Source: Candidatus Bipolaricaulota bacterium | GTDB lineage: Bacteria; Patescibacteriota; Patescibacteriia; UBA11705; DATKZF01 | NCBI GenBank assembly: GCA_035528115.1 | Contig: DATKZF010000003.1 | Coordinates: 150,699 to 214,698, forward strand | DNA length: 64,000 nucleotides | Direction of reading: 5' to 3' | In this document: in pieces, positions 53,696 through 63,989 of the stretch | Layout of the letters: each line of letters starts with the position of its first letter | Numbering within the stretch: the stretch's first letter is position 1 | Made by a program: the position numbers and the translations under genes | Notes under the pieces: generated by a model | What the model was told of the DNA's origin: nothing | Databases searched by the model: none | Seen by the model: only the letters and a program-made list of their open reading frames with translations

Positions 53696-56035
53696 TCAAT
53701 CCTCAATATTTACGTCACTTATTTCAGGCAAAGTAGGTTGATACTCATCCAAGCCTCCCAGCTGAGCCAAAGCTGACTGAACCGCCTCATTGCCGGGATC
53801 ATACTCCAATATTTTTTTCAAATTATTTTTTGCTTTGGCGATTTGACCTTGATCGTAATAGATTTTGGCCAATGTGAAATAGCCGTCGGAAAACGTCGGC
53901 GCCAAAGAAACCGCTTGTTCGATTTTTTCAACGGCTTTTTCCGAAAAATTCGAATTCGCGTACATGACGCCCAAATAATATTTAACTCCCGCGTCGCTCG
54001 GCGCTTGTTTTTCAACATTTTCCATAAGCGTGATCGCCGACTCGACATTACCCAAATGAAATTCCGTCATAGACAGCGTAAAATATGTGGGCAAGTAGTT
54101 TTTCTTCAATTCTATGGCTCTCAAGCACTCATTTTTCGCCTGCCCCAACAAATCAGCCGCCTGCGTTTCCAAATTGGCTATGTTTTCGTCGTCTTTCTCA
54201 AGGTTATCTTTGGCGATATTTATGTCCGAAGCCAATCTCACTCGAGCGTCGGCCGCGCGATTCAAAATTAACACGTTATTGGAATTTGTCCGCAAGGCTT
54301 TGTCCAAGCTGGAAATCAGCCATTGCGATGAATTTGATGTCCAGCCGTCGAGCGACGAAAAAAGATCCGCTAAAGTCGTGTGGTTAAAAAAATTGTTCGG
54401 ATTATTTTCAACGGCCGCCAAAGCCGAGACATTGGCCGATCTGATCAATTTCTCCACGGCCGCCTGATATTCAGCTTCCTTGCCCTCTTTGGGCTGATAT
54501 TGCTTCAAATTATTTAAACTGCGAACGTAAAACATGGCCAGCTGACGCTGGTAATTATCGTTTTTCTTGTCCCATTTGACCGCGTATGTCAGCCATTTTT
54601 CCACAAAGGATTGCATCTGAACGTTGGAAGAGTTTTTTATGGCCAAAAAATACGCGCTGGCAGACAGAAGTCTTTTCGTAGAATAATACAGCCCGCCCAC
54701 GGAAGCGACCATTAAAATCGGAGCCAAAACCCAAATTGCCATTTTCAGCCGGCTCGGCCTGATTCTATTTCTCTTTGTTTTTTCATCAAGCAATGAAATG
54801 ACGATTCCGGCCAAAACCAACCAGCCGAAAAGCTCAACCATTAAATCGTTCATGTAAAAGAATCCGCCGATCGCGAACGCCAGCCAAGCGGCGGACAGCC
54901 CTATAAAATATTCGCTCTGTCCCGGCCGGAGCATTCGGCCGCATATTTTCACCGCGAAATAAATAATGAACAGCAAATACGCCATGGCCAAAACAAGACC
55001 GCCCACAGCCAAATAATCCGAGAATTTAGTGGCTGAAAAATAAAAAGTTTCATTCCAAAAAGCTGTTTGATTGACGCTGTCCGGCCTAAATAAATTATAG
55101 GCGATGGAATAATTATTTACTCCAATGCCGGTCAATGGCGCGGAAAAAAACGCTTCTTTGGCCACATGAAAGGAAGTTTTAACTGACGGCAATGGCTCGG
55201 CCGCGAATGAAGAAACGGAATTGAGGCGGCCGAAGATCAAACCGCCGATTGAAATAAGCGCGAGCAACGCCGGTAAAACCAAAAATTTGTAATTTAATTT
55301 CTTTTTTTTAAGGCTATAAAAAGCTATAAAAACAAAAACCGCTCCCAATAAAATCCCCCAGTCCTTCCGACCTCCGACCATCGCCAAAGCGATTAAATTG
55401 ATTAAAGATATTACGGCCGCTGACATGGCGAGACACAAATCCTTTTTATTTTTCAGGAAATCCGCGAATAACCCCAAACAAACCATTAAACTCATTATGG
55501 CTATAAGCCCGGTCGCCGCGTTATGCCCCAGTAAATTCACGGGCAGCCAAGCCGCTTTTATCAGTCCGGCGCCGGACAAAACCAACAGCGATTCCGCGAC
55601 GGCCGCGAGCGACGACAACATCAACATCAATTTTTGATGCTGCCCTTTTCTAAAATAATTTATCAATACGAAAAAAATAATTAAAAATGCGGCGAGTGTC
55701 ATGACGCTACCCGTCCAAGTCTCAACGCCCCAAAAACTGCCATAGCGATATTTGGAAAACAAAGCTGAAACCAGCGTGGCCAAAAATAAAAGAGCTGGAG
55801 CAATATAAATTACCTTGTCGCTCCTAAAATCATGTTTTCCTTTAAGCAAAAGCCAACCACACCAAAAAAACAACAATAGAAGCGCCAACCCTATGATATA
55901 AAACTGTTTGCTTTGTGAAACGAAAGAATGATTCGGCAAAAAAAACAAAACAGCAAACGGTATTAAAAAAATGAAAAGCCGCGTAAAATTCTCAAAAAGA
56001 TCCAACAAAACTTCTTTTATTTTCATAGATGACAC
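53696..56035 (-). CDS. O-antigen-ligase-like polytopic membrane protein with a C-terminal TPR domain
   Basis: 779 aa. At least 10 TM helices in the N-terminal half (Wzy_C-like), then TPR repeats (AGVKYYLGVMYANSNFSEKAVEKIEQAVSLAPTFSDGYFTLAKIYYDQGQIAKAKNNLKKILEYDPGN). Confidence 0.6.
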   Translation of the reverse strand: MSSMKIKEVLLDLFENFTRLFIFLIPFAVLFFLPNHSFVSQSKQFYIIGLALLLLFFWCGWLLLKGKHDFRSDKVIYIAPALLFLATLVSALFSKYRYGSFWGVETWTGSVMTLAAFLIIFFVLINYFRKGQHQKLMLMLSSLAAVAESLLVLSGAGLIKAAWLPVNLLGHNAATGLIAIMSLMVCLGLFADFLKNKKDLCLAMSAAVISLINLIALAMVGGRKDWGILLGAVFVFIAFYSLKKKKLNYKFLVLPALLALISIGGLIFGRLNSVSSFAAEPLPSVKTSFHVAKEAFFSAPLTGIGVNNYSIAYNLFRPDSVNQTAFWNETFYFSATKFSDYLAVGGLVLAMAYLLFIIYFAVKICGRMLRPGQSEYFIGLSAAWLAFAIGGFFYMNDLMVELFGWLVLAGIVISLLDEKTKRNRIRPSRLKMAIWVLAPILMVASVGGLYYSTKRLLSASAYFLAIKNSSNVQMQSFVEKWLTYAVKWDKKNDNYQRQLAMFYVRSLNNLKQYQPKEGKEAEYQAAVEKLIRSANVSALAAVENNPNNFFNHTTLADLFSSLDGWTSNSSQWLISSLDKALRTNSNNVLILNRAADARVRLASDINIAKDNLEKDDENIANLETQAADLLGQAKNECLRAIELKKNYLPTYFTLSMTEFHLGNVESAITLMENVEKQAPSDAGVKYYLGVMYANSNFSEKAVEKIEQAVSLAPTFSDGYFTLAKIYYDQGQIAKAKNNLKKILEYDPGNEAVQSALAQLGGLDEYQPTLPEISDVNIED

Positions 56036-56086
56036 AGAAAGCAGTTTTGGAAAAAACTGCTTTTATCAATATAAATAAAGATTCAA

Positions 56087-59000
56087 TCATTCTCCCGTAT
56101 CGCTTGATTCGCCTCCATCACCTGCCGGAGCGGGCGCCTCGCTCGCAGCCGGAGCGATCGTTTCGCTTGCCGCCGCTTCGGAAGAATCGCTCACACCGCC
56201 GGAACCGAGATCGGCATCTCCGGCCTCGCCGCCATCGAATACTCCAACCGCGCTATCGCCTTCCGGCGCCGTTTGCTCGCTTGCTGACGCTTCATCAATG
56301 ACAGCTCCCGCGTCATCAGGGGCGTCGACTCCTTCCTCATTCGGCAATGACGGATCAGGGGCTTCGCCGACTTCATCAAGGACGCTATCCGGTTCCGTTC
56401 CATTTTCAATATCCGCTGATTGCTCCGCTGCGGGTTCCGTTTCCGGCAATGATTCCGGCGCTCCCGGCGCGATAATAATATTGTCAATTGGATCAGTCGT
56501 CGGAGACGCGAATCCGCTTCTCGGCGCCACAATCATCCAGTCAAATGAAACATCGGAAGTCCCGCCGCCCAATTCCCTGACGACAAAACCGACATTTTTC
56601 TTTTCCACCACGAAAAGTCCTTGGCAAGGTCCGGTCGGCGTGATTAAAACATTATAATCATCGCTTATTAATTTATCTATATTATTATCAAAAAGCACTT
56701 GTTTTACCCCTCCTTGCAATTTATCCCGGCCTGACATGGTGATTTCTTTTTTCACGCTCATCAGCGCGTACAGATCCATTTGTCCTCCGTCGAATTTTTC
56801 ATGAACCGTGAATACGCCGTTTTCATCAATCAGCCAATTATTGTTATAGCCGTATAATTTTCCTTGAATATGCAAATCATTGGTCAAAGAAATATTGGTA
56901 TCGATTTTGGAAAAATTCCCGCCTTCGACGTTCTCCAAACCGAATGTGACGGAAGTTGATACCGCGCCTTCGGCGTTATGATACCAACCTATATTTTGGA
57001 ACACCATAATTTGCCCGCACTCACCGGAGGATTCTCCGGCAAACGCCTCCAGCGCTTGGCCAACCACCATACCCGGATCAGTGGCTTTCATGCCATAGCC
57101 CGCCTTAGACGAAGTGGTGATAAAATCGCCGATCTCAATCGAACCGTTCTCGCCGCAAACATTGGTCGGAATTCTACCGGCCAAAACCAGCGGGTATCCG
57201 TATTTTTCGCTAATGCCGCCGCTGATGGTCATACTCGGTTTAGTGGCCACAATACCGATAATTCTTTTATCATATGGCAAATCGGTCAAAATGGCTTTTT
57301 CAGGATGAGCCGAATCGGCAATCAAGATCGCTCCGGACAAATCCGTTTTCCTAAAACCATCCTCATTGATGAAATTAACCTTTTTATCCTGACCATTTTC
57401 GGTAACAATAATGTATTCGGCGATATCAGTATGTCCGCCGTCAAAGAAAGCCAGTCCGTCAACCTCCAAATCATCCTCGATAAACAAATCGCTGGCCGAA
57501 TCGATGGAAGCGTGATTGGCCGAGCCCGTGCCAATGGTATTATAATCCGGAGAAGCCGTGTCGCCGACGCTTAGCTTGCTCATAAAGACACCTTCGTCGC
57601 TATAAAAAAATCCGGCCCAACCGGTGGACGCAATTCCGGACACCGCTCTGCCGGCTGAGGCATGAAATTCTCCGCCCGCGGAATTGATATCGGAAGAGTC
57701 ATTCGACGCGTAAATTCCATAAGTCACGCCACTGACTCCGGTGGTAATGGCGCTCAGCGCTCCGTAACCGTTGTTAGTGTCGGAATGATTTAACGTCACT
57801 TCGAACGCCGGAGAAGTGGTGTAAGCAGGCACATTAACTCTGCCTCCCAGCTCAATCGTATCGTTGGCTGCGTTTTTTATATATTCACCATCGGATAAAC
57901 GGATATCATAACTGGTGAAACTAGCGCTATCCATATCCAAACCGAATTGGGCGGCATTGTTCAAAACGATAAAACTGTCTAGATTGCCGGACACGCTATT
58001 GATCCTAATTCCCTCCGAGTCCCCGGTGGGATTAGATGAATTATTAATATCCAATTTTATTCCATAGGAATTCTGAGCGACTGCTTGGTTTTTCAACGTA
58101 ATATCAAGGCCGGTCATTGTTCCCGTCGTGGCCGCCGTGGTGTCATGGGTCATATCCAAATAATAACCAGTAAAATCAGTGAAATCGGCGGAATTGGAAA
58201 AAGTCGTGTAATCGCCATAACCGTCAGAGGCAGTAGCGCCCACACTCAAGGTTCTTTGCGAACCGTACAATAGGCCCGTGCCGGTCCGAGAAAGAATTTG
58301 ATGAGTACCCCAAAGATCTCCGGTTCCGCTATGAGTCAACGCTTCATATAGACCTTTCATATCACCCGCGCCGTTATGAGACGTATTGCCGTAAAAAAGA
58401 TTGCTAACTCCCGCGTTTGTTTTCGTGCCCGTGGCGGAGAATGAATAAACGTCCGACGTGGCCGCGGCATCAGTCGAAATATTGGCCTCAAACAATCTGG
58501 TCAGCGAATAGTCGCCGGCTCCGGTGGTCAAAGCGGTTTTAACTCCGTAAAGAGCCGAGCCTCCGGATGTTCCCGAACTGTCCATATTGACCAACAAAGC
58601 GTTGGAATTATTGGTATTGCTTTTGTAATCAACTTGCAAAGCGCCGGCCGCCGAGCCGGTATGGAGAGTCGTGGCCGCGTCGATTGACACTTTATTAGCC
58701 GCTCCCAAGACAAACGTGGCGTCTCCGGTCGCGCTCAAGCCGCTATTGATGTGCGCCGTGTTCACGTAAATATCAGACCAGGCAGATGTTGCGGAACCAA
58801 TGGTACCCGTGCCGGTAATCGTACCGTTTACCGACAATTGATCGTTAACATAAACATATGAATCTCCTGTAGCCACCAAAGTTAAATTGCTGTTAGTATC
58901 GAAAATCTGACTGTCCGTTAAATACAATCCGCCCAAATACATGCCCGCGGCATAAAGATTTCTGGAAAAAATTCCATCTTGCCATTTTTGGTTATATAAT

Positions 59001-60799
59001 GCGCCTCCGAGATCATAGGTGTCGCCGGTCGCCGGCAACAAACTGGCGCTAAACGAAAGTTTGTTGGAACCCAAATCAATCAACTGCGTTCCTTCGCTCA
59101 ATATAATGTCCGCGGTGGCGATCGTCGCGCCGCTCAGATCCATGCCAATGCCGAGCGAAGTAAGTATTTTTATGCCGTAATCCGCGGTACCCGCGCCATT
59201 TAAATAAATAATTTGCCCCAGACTTGCCTGGTTTTCCACGTTAAGACCGTTTGAGCTAGGTTGCGTACCGGCCGCGTTTACCACTATTTGCGCGCCATCA
59301 AAAGAATTTACCGAACCGCCTGCATTATTGGTGGCGCTCACGTATAAACCTTTAAAATTGCCATCCGCGGACGCGGAGTTATTGGTAACCGCTATATAAT
59401 TGCCGTATATATTACCGACCATTCCCGCATTGGCTGTCACCGATGAATTTTCGCCGTAAAGATTGCCGATTAACGCTCCCGAAATCATATTCCTATCACC
59501 GTAAGCGCTGCCTATGCCATTATGTGCAACCGAATTTGAAACCGCGTAAACATTGCCGGTGGCCGTGCTCTGGATGCCGTTTGTAAGACCGGTGGCGTCG
59601 CCAGCCACGCTCTTGGTAATGCCGGACGAAAAAGATGTCGCCCCGCCCGTTGAAGAACTTCCGATTTGAGAATAATAACCGGTTGACGTTGACGTTCCTT
59701 GAACAGTGGAACCGTACATGGTATCGGCATAAAACATATAGCCGAACAGATTGGCTTTAAAATCTCCGGCCGCCAGAGCTTCATCGCTGGCCACATTGGA
59801 AAAGTACCCCACTCGATACGCGTTAGCGTTGTCGCCGGAATTAGGCACCAAGTGAGACGAATAATTAAAAGGGAATTGAAAAGCGCCCATGCCCGCCGAT
59901 GACTTTAGCTTAACATCGACTCCGGTGACGAAATTCGTGTCGCTGGTCACATCAATATTTAAAACTCCATCCGTGCCCGTGTGAGTCGTGCTGGACGCGT
60001 CCAGCCATAATGACTCTGTGGCCGCCTGAACTTGTTTGATCGAGCCTCCCTGAAAAACCCAACTGTCCTGACTCGCATAACTTATATTTCCGCTGGTGGT
60101 TCCGTCATCGGCATACATGGTCAATTGCGCGTCGCCGGATGCCGAAGTGGTTCCTAAATTGAATCTCGAAGTACCGTCCTGAGCAATACCAATCAGCGTA
60201 TGGCCATTGACATCGTTTGAAGCGTTAACATACAAAGAACCTTGATTCAAGGCCGCGCCGGTCGTGCCAGTGCCGATTGTCCAAAGACCGGTGATACTTT
60301 CATTCTCATCCAAATCCGCAAACTCGGTTTCTTGTTTACCGCCCAACCTATCTGAGTTGAGCGCGTACAACGCGCCCGTGACTCTTTTTCTCGGCGTCAT
60401 TTCCGAGTCTCCCGTCACCTGAACTCCCAGGTAATAATCAGCGCCGTTGTAATTGGAAAAATTGGTGTCGGAAAAAACGTCGTCCGCTCCCAGATTGACC
60501 GAGAATAAACCGCTCACTGTAGTGACGGAAACGCTCGACTCCCACAAACAGGAGTTAACCCCAGGATTGCAGACAGCCAGCGGGTCATCGGAAACGTGAT
60601 TATAAACTCTAAATCTGATCGTGTAAGCGCCGTCAGCGACCGCGTCTCCGGCCGCGTCAGTCAATTTACCTTGATAATTTATGTACTTTGTAACCGCGGC
60701 ATCAGTTCCGGAAATATTGAAGACAAAAACAAACATCGCGCCAATAATTATAAAAGCGCTGAAAATCCAATTTTTAAAATTAATTTTATTTACCCTCAC
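56087..60799 (-). CDS. Giant (1570-aa) secreted/surface protein with a beta-helix-like repeat region and an acidic low-complexity C-terminal tail
   Basis: N-terminal signal/anchor (FSAFIIIGAMFVFVFNISGTDA). Over 1000 aa of Gly/Thr/Ser/Asn-rich beta repeats. A C-terminal globular region. The final about 130 aa are Asp/Glu/Ala/Pro-rich and encoded by DNA of about 60% GC (56087-56530). Confidence 0.65.
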   Translation of the reverse strand: MRVNKINFKNWIFSAFIIIGAMFVFVFNISGTDAAVTKYINYQGKLTDAAGDAVADGAYTIRFRVYNHVSDDPLAVCNPGVNSCLWESSVSVTTVSGLFSVNLGADDVFSDTNFSNYNGADYYLGVQVTGDSEMTPRKRVTGALYALNSDRLGGKQETEFADLDENESITGLWTIGTGTTGAALNQGSLYVNASNDVNGHTLIGIAQDGTSRFNLGTTSASGDAQLTMYADDGTTSGNISYASQDSWVFQGGSIKQVQAATESLWLDASSTTHTGTDGVLNIDVTSDTNFVTGVDVKLKSSAGMGAFQFPFNYSSHLVPNSGDNANAYRVGYFSNVASDEALAAGDFKANLFGYMFYADTMYGSTVQGTSTSTGYYSQIGSSSTGGATSFSSGITKSVAGDATGLTNGIQSTATGNVYAVSNSVAHNGIGSAYGDRNMISGALIGNLYGENSSVTANAGMVGNIYGNYIAVTNNSASADGNFKGLYVSATNNAGGSVNSFDGAQIVVNAAGTQPSSNGLNVENQASLGQIIYLNGAGTADYGIKILTSLGIGMDLSGATIATADIILSEGTQLIDLGSNKLSFSASLLPATGDTYDLGGALYNQKWQDGIFSRNLYAAGMYLGGLYLTDSQIFDTNSNLTLVATGDSYVYVNDQLSVNGTITGTGTIGSATSAWSDIYVNTAHINSGLSATGDATFVLGAANKVSIDAATTLHTGSAAGALQVDYKSNTNNSNALLVNMDSSGTSGGSALYGVKTALTTGAGDYSLTRLFEANISTDAAATSDVYSFSATGTKTNAGVSNLFYGNTSHNGAGDMKGLYEALTHSGTGDLWGTHQILSRTGTGLLYGSQRTLSVGATASDGYGDYTTFSNSADFTDFTGYYLDMTHDTTAATTGTMTGLDITLKNQAVAQNSYGIKLDINNSSNPTGDSEGIRINSVSGNLDSFIVLNNAAQFGLDMDSASFTSYDIRLSDGEYIKNAANDTIELGGRVNVPAYTTSPAFEVTLNHSDTNNGYGALSAITTGVSGVTYGIYASNDSSDINSAGGEFHASAGRAVSGIASTGWAGFFYSDEGVFMSKLSVGDTASPDYNTIGTGSANHASIDSASDLFIEDDLEVDGLAFFDGGHTDIAEYIIVTENGQDKKVNFINEDGFRKTDLSGAILIADSAHPEKAILTDLPYDKRIIGIVATKPSMTISGGISEKYGYPLVLAGRIPTNVCGENGSIEIGDFITTSSKAGYGMKATDPGMVVGQALEAFAGESSGECGQIMVFQNIGWYHNAEGAVSTSVTFGLENVEGGNFSKIDTNISLTNDLHIQGKLYGYNNNWLIDENGVFTVHEKFDGGQMDLYALMSVKKEITMSGRDKLQGGVKQVLFDNNIDKLISDDYNVLITPTGPCQGLFVVEKKNVGFVVRELGGGTSDVSFDWMIVAPRSGFASPTTDPIDNIIIAPGAPESLPETEPAAEQSADIENGTEPDSVLDEVGEAPDPSLPNEEGVDAPDDAGAVIDEASASEQTAPEGDSAVGVFDGGEAGDADLGSGGVSDSSEAAASETIAPAASEAPAPAGDGGESSDTGE

Positions 60800-60916
60800 A
60801 AAAACTTAACTTATTCCACTATATTTTAACACAAAACACCTCCATGCCTTAATAAGTTATCAACATTATTATAATATCGCGAAACAATCAACGACAGGGA
60901 ATCCCCTTTTCTTTTT

Positions 60917-63778
60917 CTACTGCTCCGACCAAGGAATGTTCACGTCTTTTGATTGCTCGTGATATTTAAAATCAACGCCATTCACCTTTTCTTTTATTTC
61001 TTGAGCCGTTTCATCGCCATGCCAACGATGCGGCGCGTTTTGAATAATCTGTCTTATAGGCTGAGGAGTTGCCTTGACCGGCTCGGCCGGCGGCAATGTC
61101 GGCGGAGCCTCATTTTTGCTTTGTCTGGCCAAAAATAGATTCCTGGATAATGCCGCGCCTTCGGCTTTCCCTTGTTCTATCAGCTCTGTTTTAACATTTT
61201 CAAACCCTTCTTTTTCAGCGGTGATATAATAGGTATTTTGACCGGCCAGGAAGCTGTACTTACCTTGCTGATCGGTCACTTGAGTATCCAGCAATTTATT
61301 GTATTTGTTATCGTAAAGCCGAACCACCGTTTTATTGATCGGTTTTCTGTTGCCCGAGTCGGACACAATGCCCCAGCCTTTGGGTCGGCGGCCGGCGGCC
61401 AGCCGCTTAAACAGAGCGAAAAGCAAAACATGCAACAAAACCAAGCCCAAAAGCCACGCGCTCGGCTTTATTAAAAACATTACAAACGCGGCGATCGGCC
61501 CGGTCAGCGCCAAGACTTTTTGAAATTTTCTCAAAGTATAAATCAATAAAACTTTCTTGGACGGTTCCGGCTTCTGATCGGCGTCCAGCGGGATATTCGG
61601 CACCACGACGGCATTTTCATCGACCGCGATCATTTCTCCATGATAAACATCAAGATAAAGAAGATCTTCCTTTTGATCTTTCAAAATAACGGAAGGGAAC
61701 GCATAATCTTTTTTAAAAACTTTAATGAAATATTTTCCGGGCTTAACGGAGAAAGCGAATCTCCCGCTCGAATCGGACACTTTCGTTTTGGCCAATTTAT
61801 TCGTTTCCGCTTCAAACAACCTCAAAATCGCCAAATCAATAGGCTGCTTGGTGATTGAATCGTAAACAACACCGAATTGTTTTCTTTTCTTCTTGAAAAA
61901 AGCCAAAATCGGTTCGGAAAACAACAACAACAAATATGGCAAAAGCCCGGCGAATGAAGCCACTGAAATCACGCTGAGCGCAGAAATCGCGGCAATGGCC
62001 GGAAAGCCGTATTTTTTCGTGGCTTCTTCGACTTTCGGATTATTAAAAAAGTTATCAGTAAGATATTTGACCGGCGCAGAATCCCCAACCATGGATAGCG
62101 CGTCATTTAATTTCGATCCGACAGCGCTTTCTTTTATGTCCTCAATGATATTGGAAATCACGGAAATCGGCTCCGCTTCCTCATTCTTTTCATCATTATC
62201 TTTCTCGCTTGCGCAACCCGTATCCGCCGGATAATCGGTCAATCCATCGTTGTCATTATCAACTCCGTCTTGGCATTGCGCCAAAATAATCTGATCCGAT
62301 TCGTCATTATCATCCGCGGAAACGCAACCCGGATCAAGCGGATAATCAGTCAACCCATCGTTGTCATTATCCAGTCCGTCGCTGCAGCGGGCAATGATCA
62401 ATTCCCCGTCGACTTCGTTGTTGTCATCCGGAGTCTCACAGCCCAAATCGGCCGGATAATCCACACGGCCGTCATTGTCATTATCGAGTCCGTCTTGGCA
62501 TTGCGGAGTGATCAAAATTTCATCGCGCTCGTCATTGTCTTCCGGACTGACACAGCCGGGATCGGCCGGATAATCCGTAAATCCATCATTGTCATTGTCT
62601 TCACCATCAGCGCATTGACCGACAATGGCTTCATCGAATTCATTATTATCATCCAAACTGACGCAACCCGGATCAGCGGGATAATCTATAAAACCGTCAC
62701 CGTCATTATCCTCTCCGTCATTGCATTGAGCGATCAAGAATGTGGTGGAAAAAACAAAAACATCCGTGAAAGAAGTTTCCACTCCGTCGCCGTTTCTGGC
62801 TTTGACTCGATATGAATAGCCGGTATTTTCACTCAAACCGCCGTTTGACCAAGTCGTCGATGGAATCCAGCCGGAATTTTTTCCGGTGGTGACATTTTCA
62901 AACCACAGAGAAGTCAGTCCGGCGCCCAAATTAGGCAAAGAGCCATCAGCCCTGACAACGATAAAGTCAGAGCCATTGTTCACTAAAAACAACGCCTTCG
63001 GTTTATTGATTAAGGTGTAAATCGAACTGGAGCCGGACCAATCCGTTTCAGCCTGAATATTTTTGGCTTTCACTCTGAAAATGTACTGTTTATTTTCGGA
63101 CAAGCCGACAATATTTTTTCCGAACGCGCTGCCCCAGCTGTCATAAGTCCGCCACACTTGATTGTCGCCGAGCGAGCCGTTTGCCTGCAAATATTTGCCT
63201 GTGGAAGTTTCATTAAGCAAATATAAAACATCTGTTGCGTTGCCGTTTGGCAAAATCACTATATTTAACGCCGAGGAGGACAGCGCCGTTAAGATCGGCG
63301 GTCCGGGCACAAACAAACCGAAAATCGAAGCGGTGGTAAAAGTGTGATCTCCCGACAAGGCCGAATTACCCGCTTCATCAATGGCGAAAATATTGAAATG
63401 ATATAAAGTCTCAGGGGTCAAACCGGTCAAATTCAAACCGTGCGACGTCAAATAATTATCGTCGCCGACCGAAAAACCGTAAGCTGTCGAATCGCCGTAA
63501 TAAACAACCGAAGCGGCCTCCTCATTGGTCGTCCAAGTGATAGTGGCGGAATCGGAAGTAATGTTTATCACCTGAATATTGGAAATCACCGGAGGAATGG
63601 TATCTTCCGGAGGTGGCGGTGGAGGCGGCGGCGGTGGTGGTGGTGGAGGTGAGCCGGACGACAAAACCTCGACCTGAACAGAGGAATCATCTGTGGCGGC
63701 CAAACTTAAATTAACCTGACCCATGACAGTCAAGGTCAACACCGCCAAAACAAACCCTATTTTCAAAAATTTACTCAT
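60917..63778 (-). CDS. Multi-domain surface protein
   Basis: 953 aa with domains in this order: signal peptide; P14 run (codons at 63600-63650); Fn3-like region (TWTTNEEAASVVYYGDS...); five repeats of the type (C/Q)xDGxDNDxDGxxDYPxDPGC (type-3-repeat/Ca-binding-like); two TM helices; two CarboxypepD_reg-like modules (SGRFAFSVKPGKYFIKV, QGKYSFLAGQNTYYITAEKEGFENV). Confidence 0.65.
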   Translation of the reverse strand: MSKFLKIGFVLAVLTLTVMGQVNLSLAATDDSSVQVEVLSSGSPPPPPPPPPPPPPPEDTIPPVISNIQVINITSDSATITWTTNEEAASVVYYGDSTAYGFSVGDDNYLTSHGLNLTGLTPETLYHFNIFAIDEAGNSALSGDHTFTTASIFGLFVPGPPILTALSSSALNIVILPNGNATDVLYLLNETSTGKYLQANGSLGDNQVWRTYDSWGSAFGKNIVGLSENKQYIFRVKAKNIQAETDWSGSSSIYTLINKPKALFLVNNGSDFIVVRADGSLPNLGAGLTSLWFENVTTGKNSGWIPSTTWSNGGLSENTGYSYRVKARNGDGVETSFTDVFVFSTTFLIAQCNDGEDNDGDGFIDYPADPGCVSLDDNNEFDEAIVGQCADGEDNDNDGFTDYPADPGCVSPEDNDERDEILITPQCQDGLDNDNDGRVDYPADLGCETPDDNNEVDGELIIARCSDGLDNDNDGLTDYPLDPGCVSADDNDESDQIILAQCQDGVDNDNDGLTDYPADTGCASEKDNDEKNEEAEPISVISNIIEDIKESAVGSKLNDALSMVGDSAPVKYLTDNFFNNPKVEEATKKYGFPAIAAISALSVISVASFAGLLPYLLLLFSEPILAFFKKKRKQFGVVYDSITKQPIDLAILRLFEAETNKLAKTKVSDSSGRFAFSVKPGKYFIKVFKKDYAFPSVILKDQKEDLLYLDVYHGEMIAVDENAVVVPNIPLDADQKPEPSKKVLLIYTLRKFQKVLALTGPIAAFVMFLIKPSAWLLGLVLLHVLLFALFKRLAAGRRPKGWGIVSDSGNRKPINKTVVRLYDNKYNKLLDTQVTDQQGKYSFLAGQNTYYITAEKEGFENVKTELIEQGKAEGAALSRNLFLARQSKNEAPPTLPPAEPVKATPQPIRQIIQNAPHRWHGDETAQEIKEKVNGVDFKYHEQSKDVNIPWSEQ

Positions 63779-63989
63779 GCTTCCTCCCCTTTTTCATCAT
63801 TAAAATAACTCCTAAAACAATAACCGCGCCAGCTAAAATCAATATCACTCCAAGAGGAGAGCTGACCCAAAAGATTCTTTCCTCCCGCCTCAAAGTCCAA
63901 TCATCATCCACCAAATTAAGCTGGGCCTTATATCGGCCGAACAAATTTTTTTCACTCGATAAATTCAAGATTCTTTCCTTGTCGGGCAA
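63771..63989 (-). CDS. Small single-TM protein, start-stop overlapped with the downstream surface-protein gene
   Basis: 72 aa. TM segment VSSPLGVILILAGAVIVLGVILMM. Its stop overlaps the ATG of 60917..63778 (ATGAGTAA). Confidence 0.3.
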   Translation of the reverse strand: MPDKERILNLSSEKNLFGRYKAQLNLVDDDWTLRREERIFWVSSPLGVILILAGAVIVLGVILMMKKGRKHE

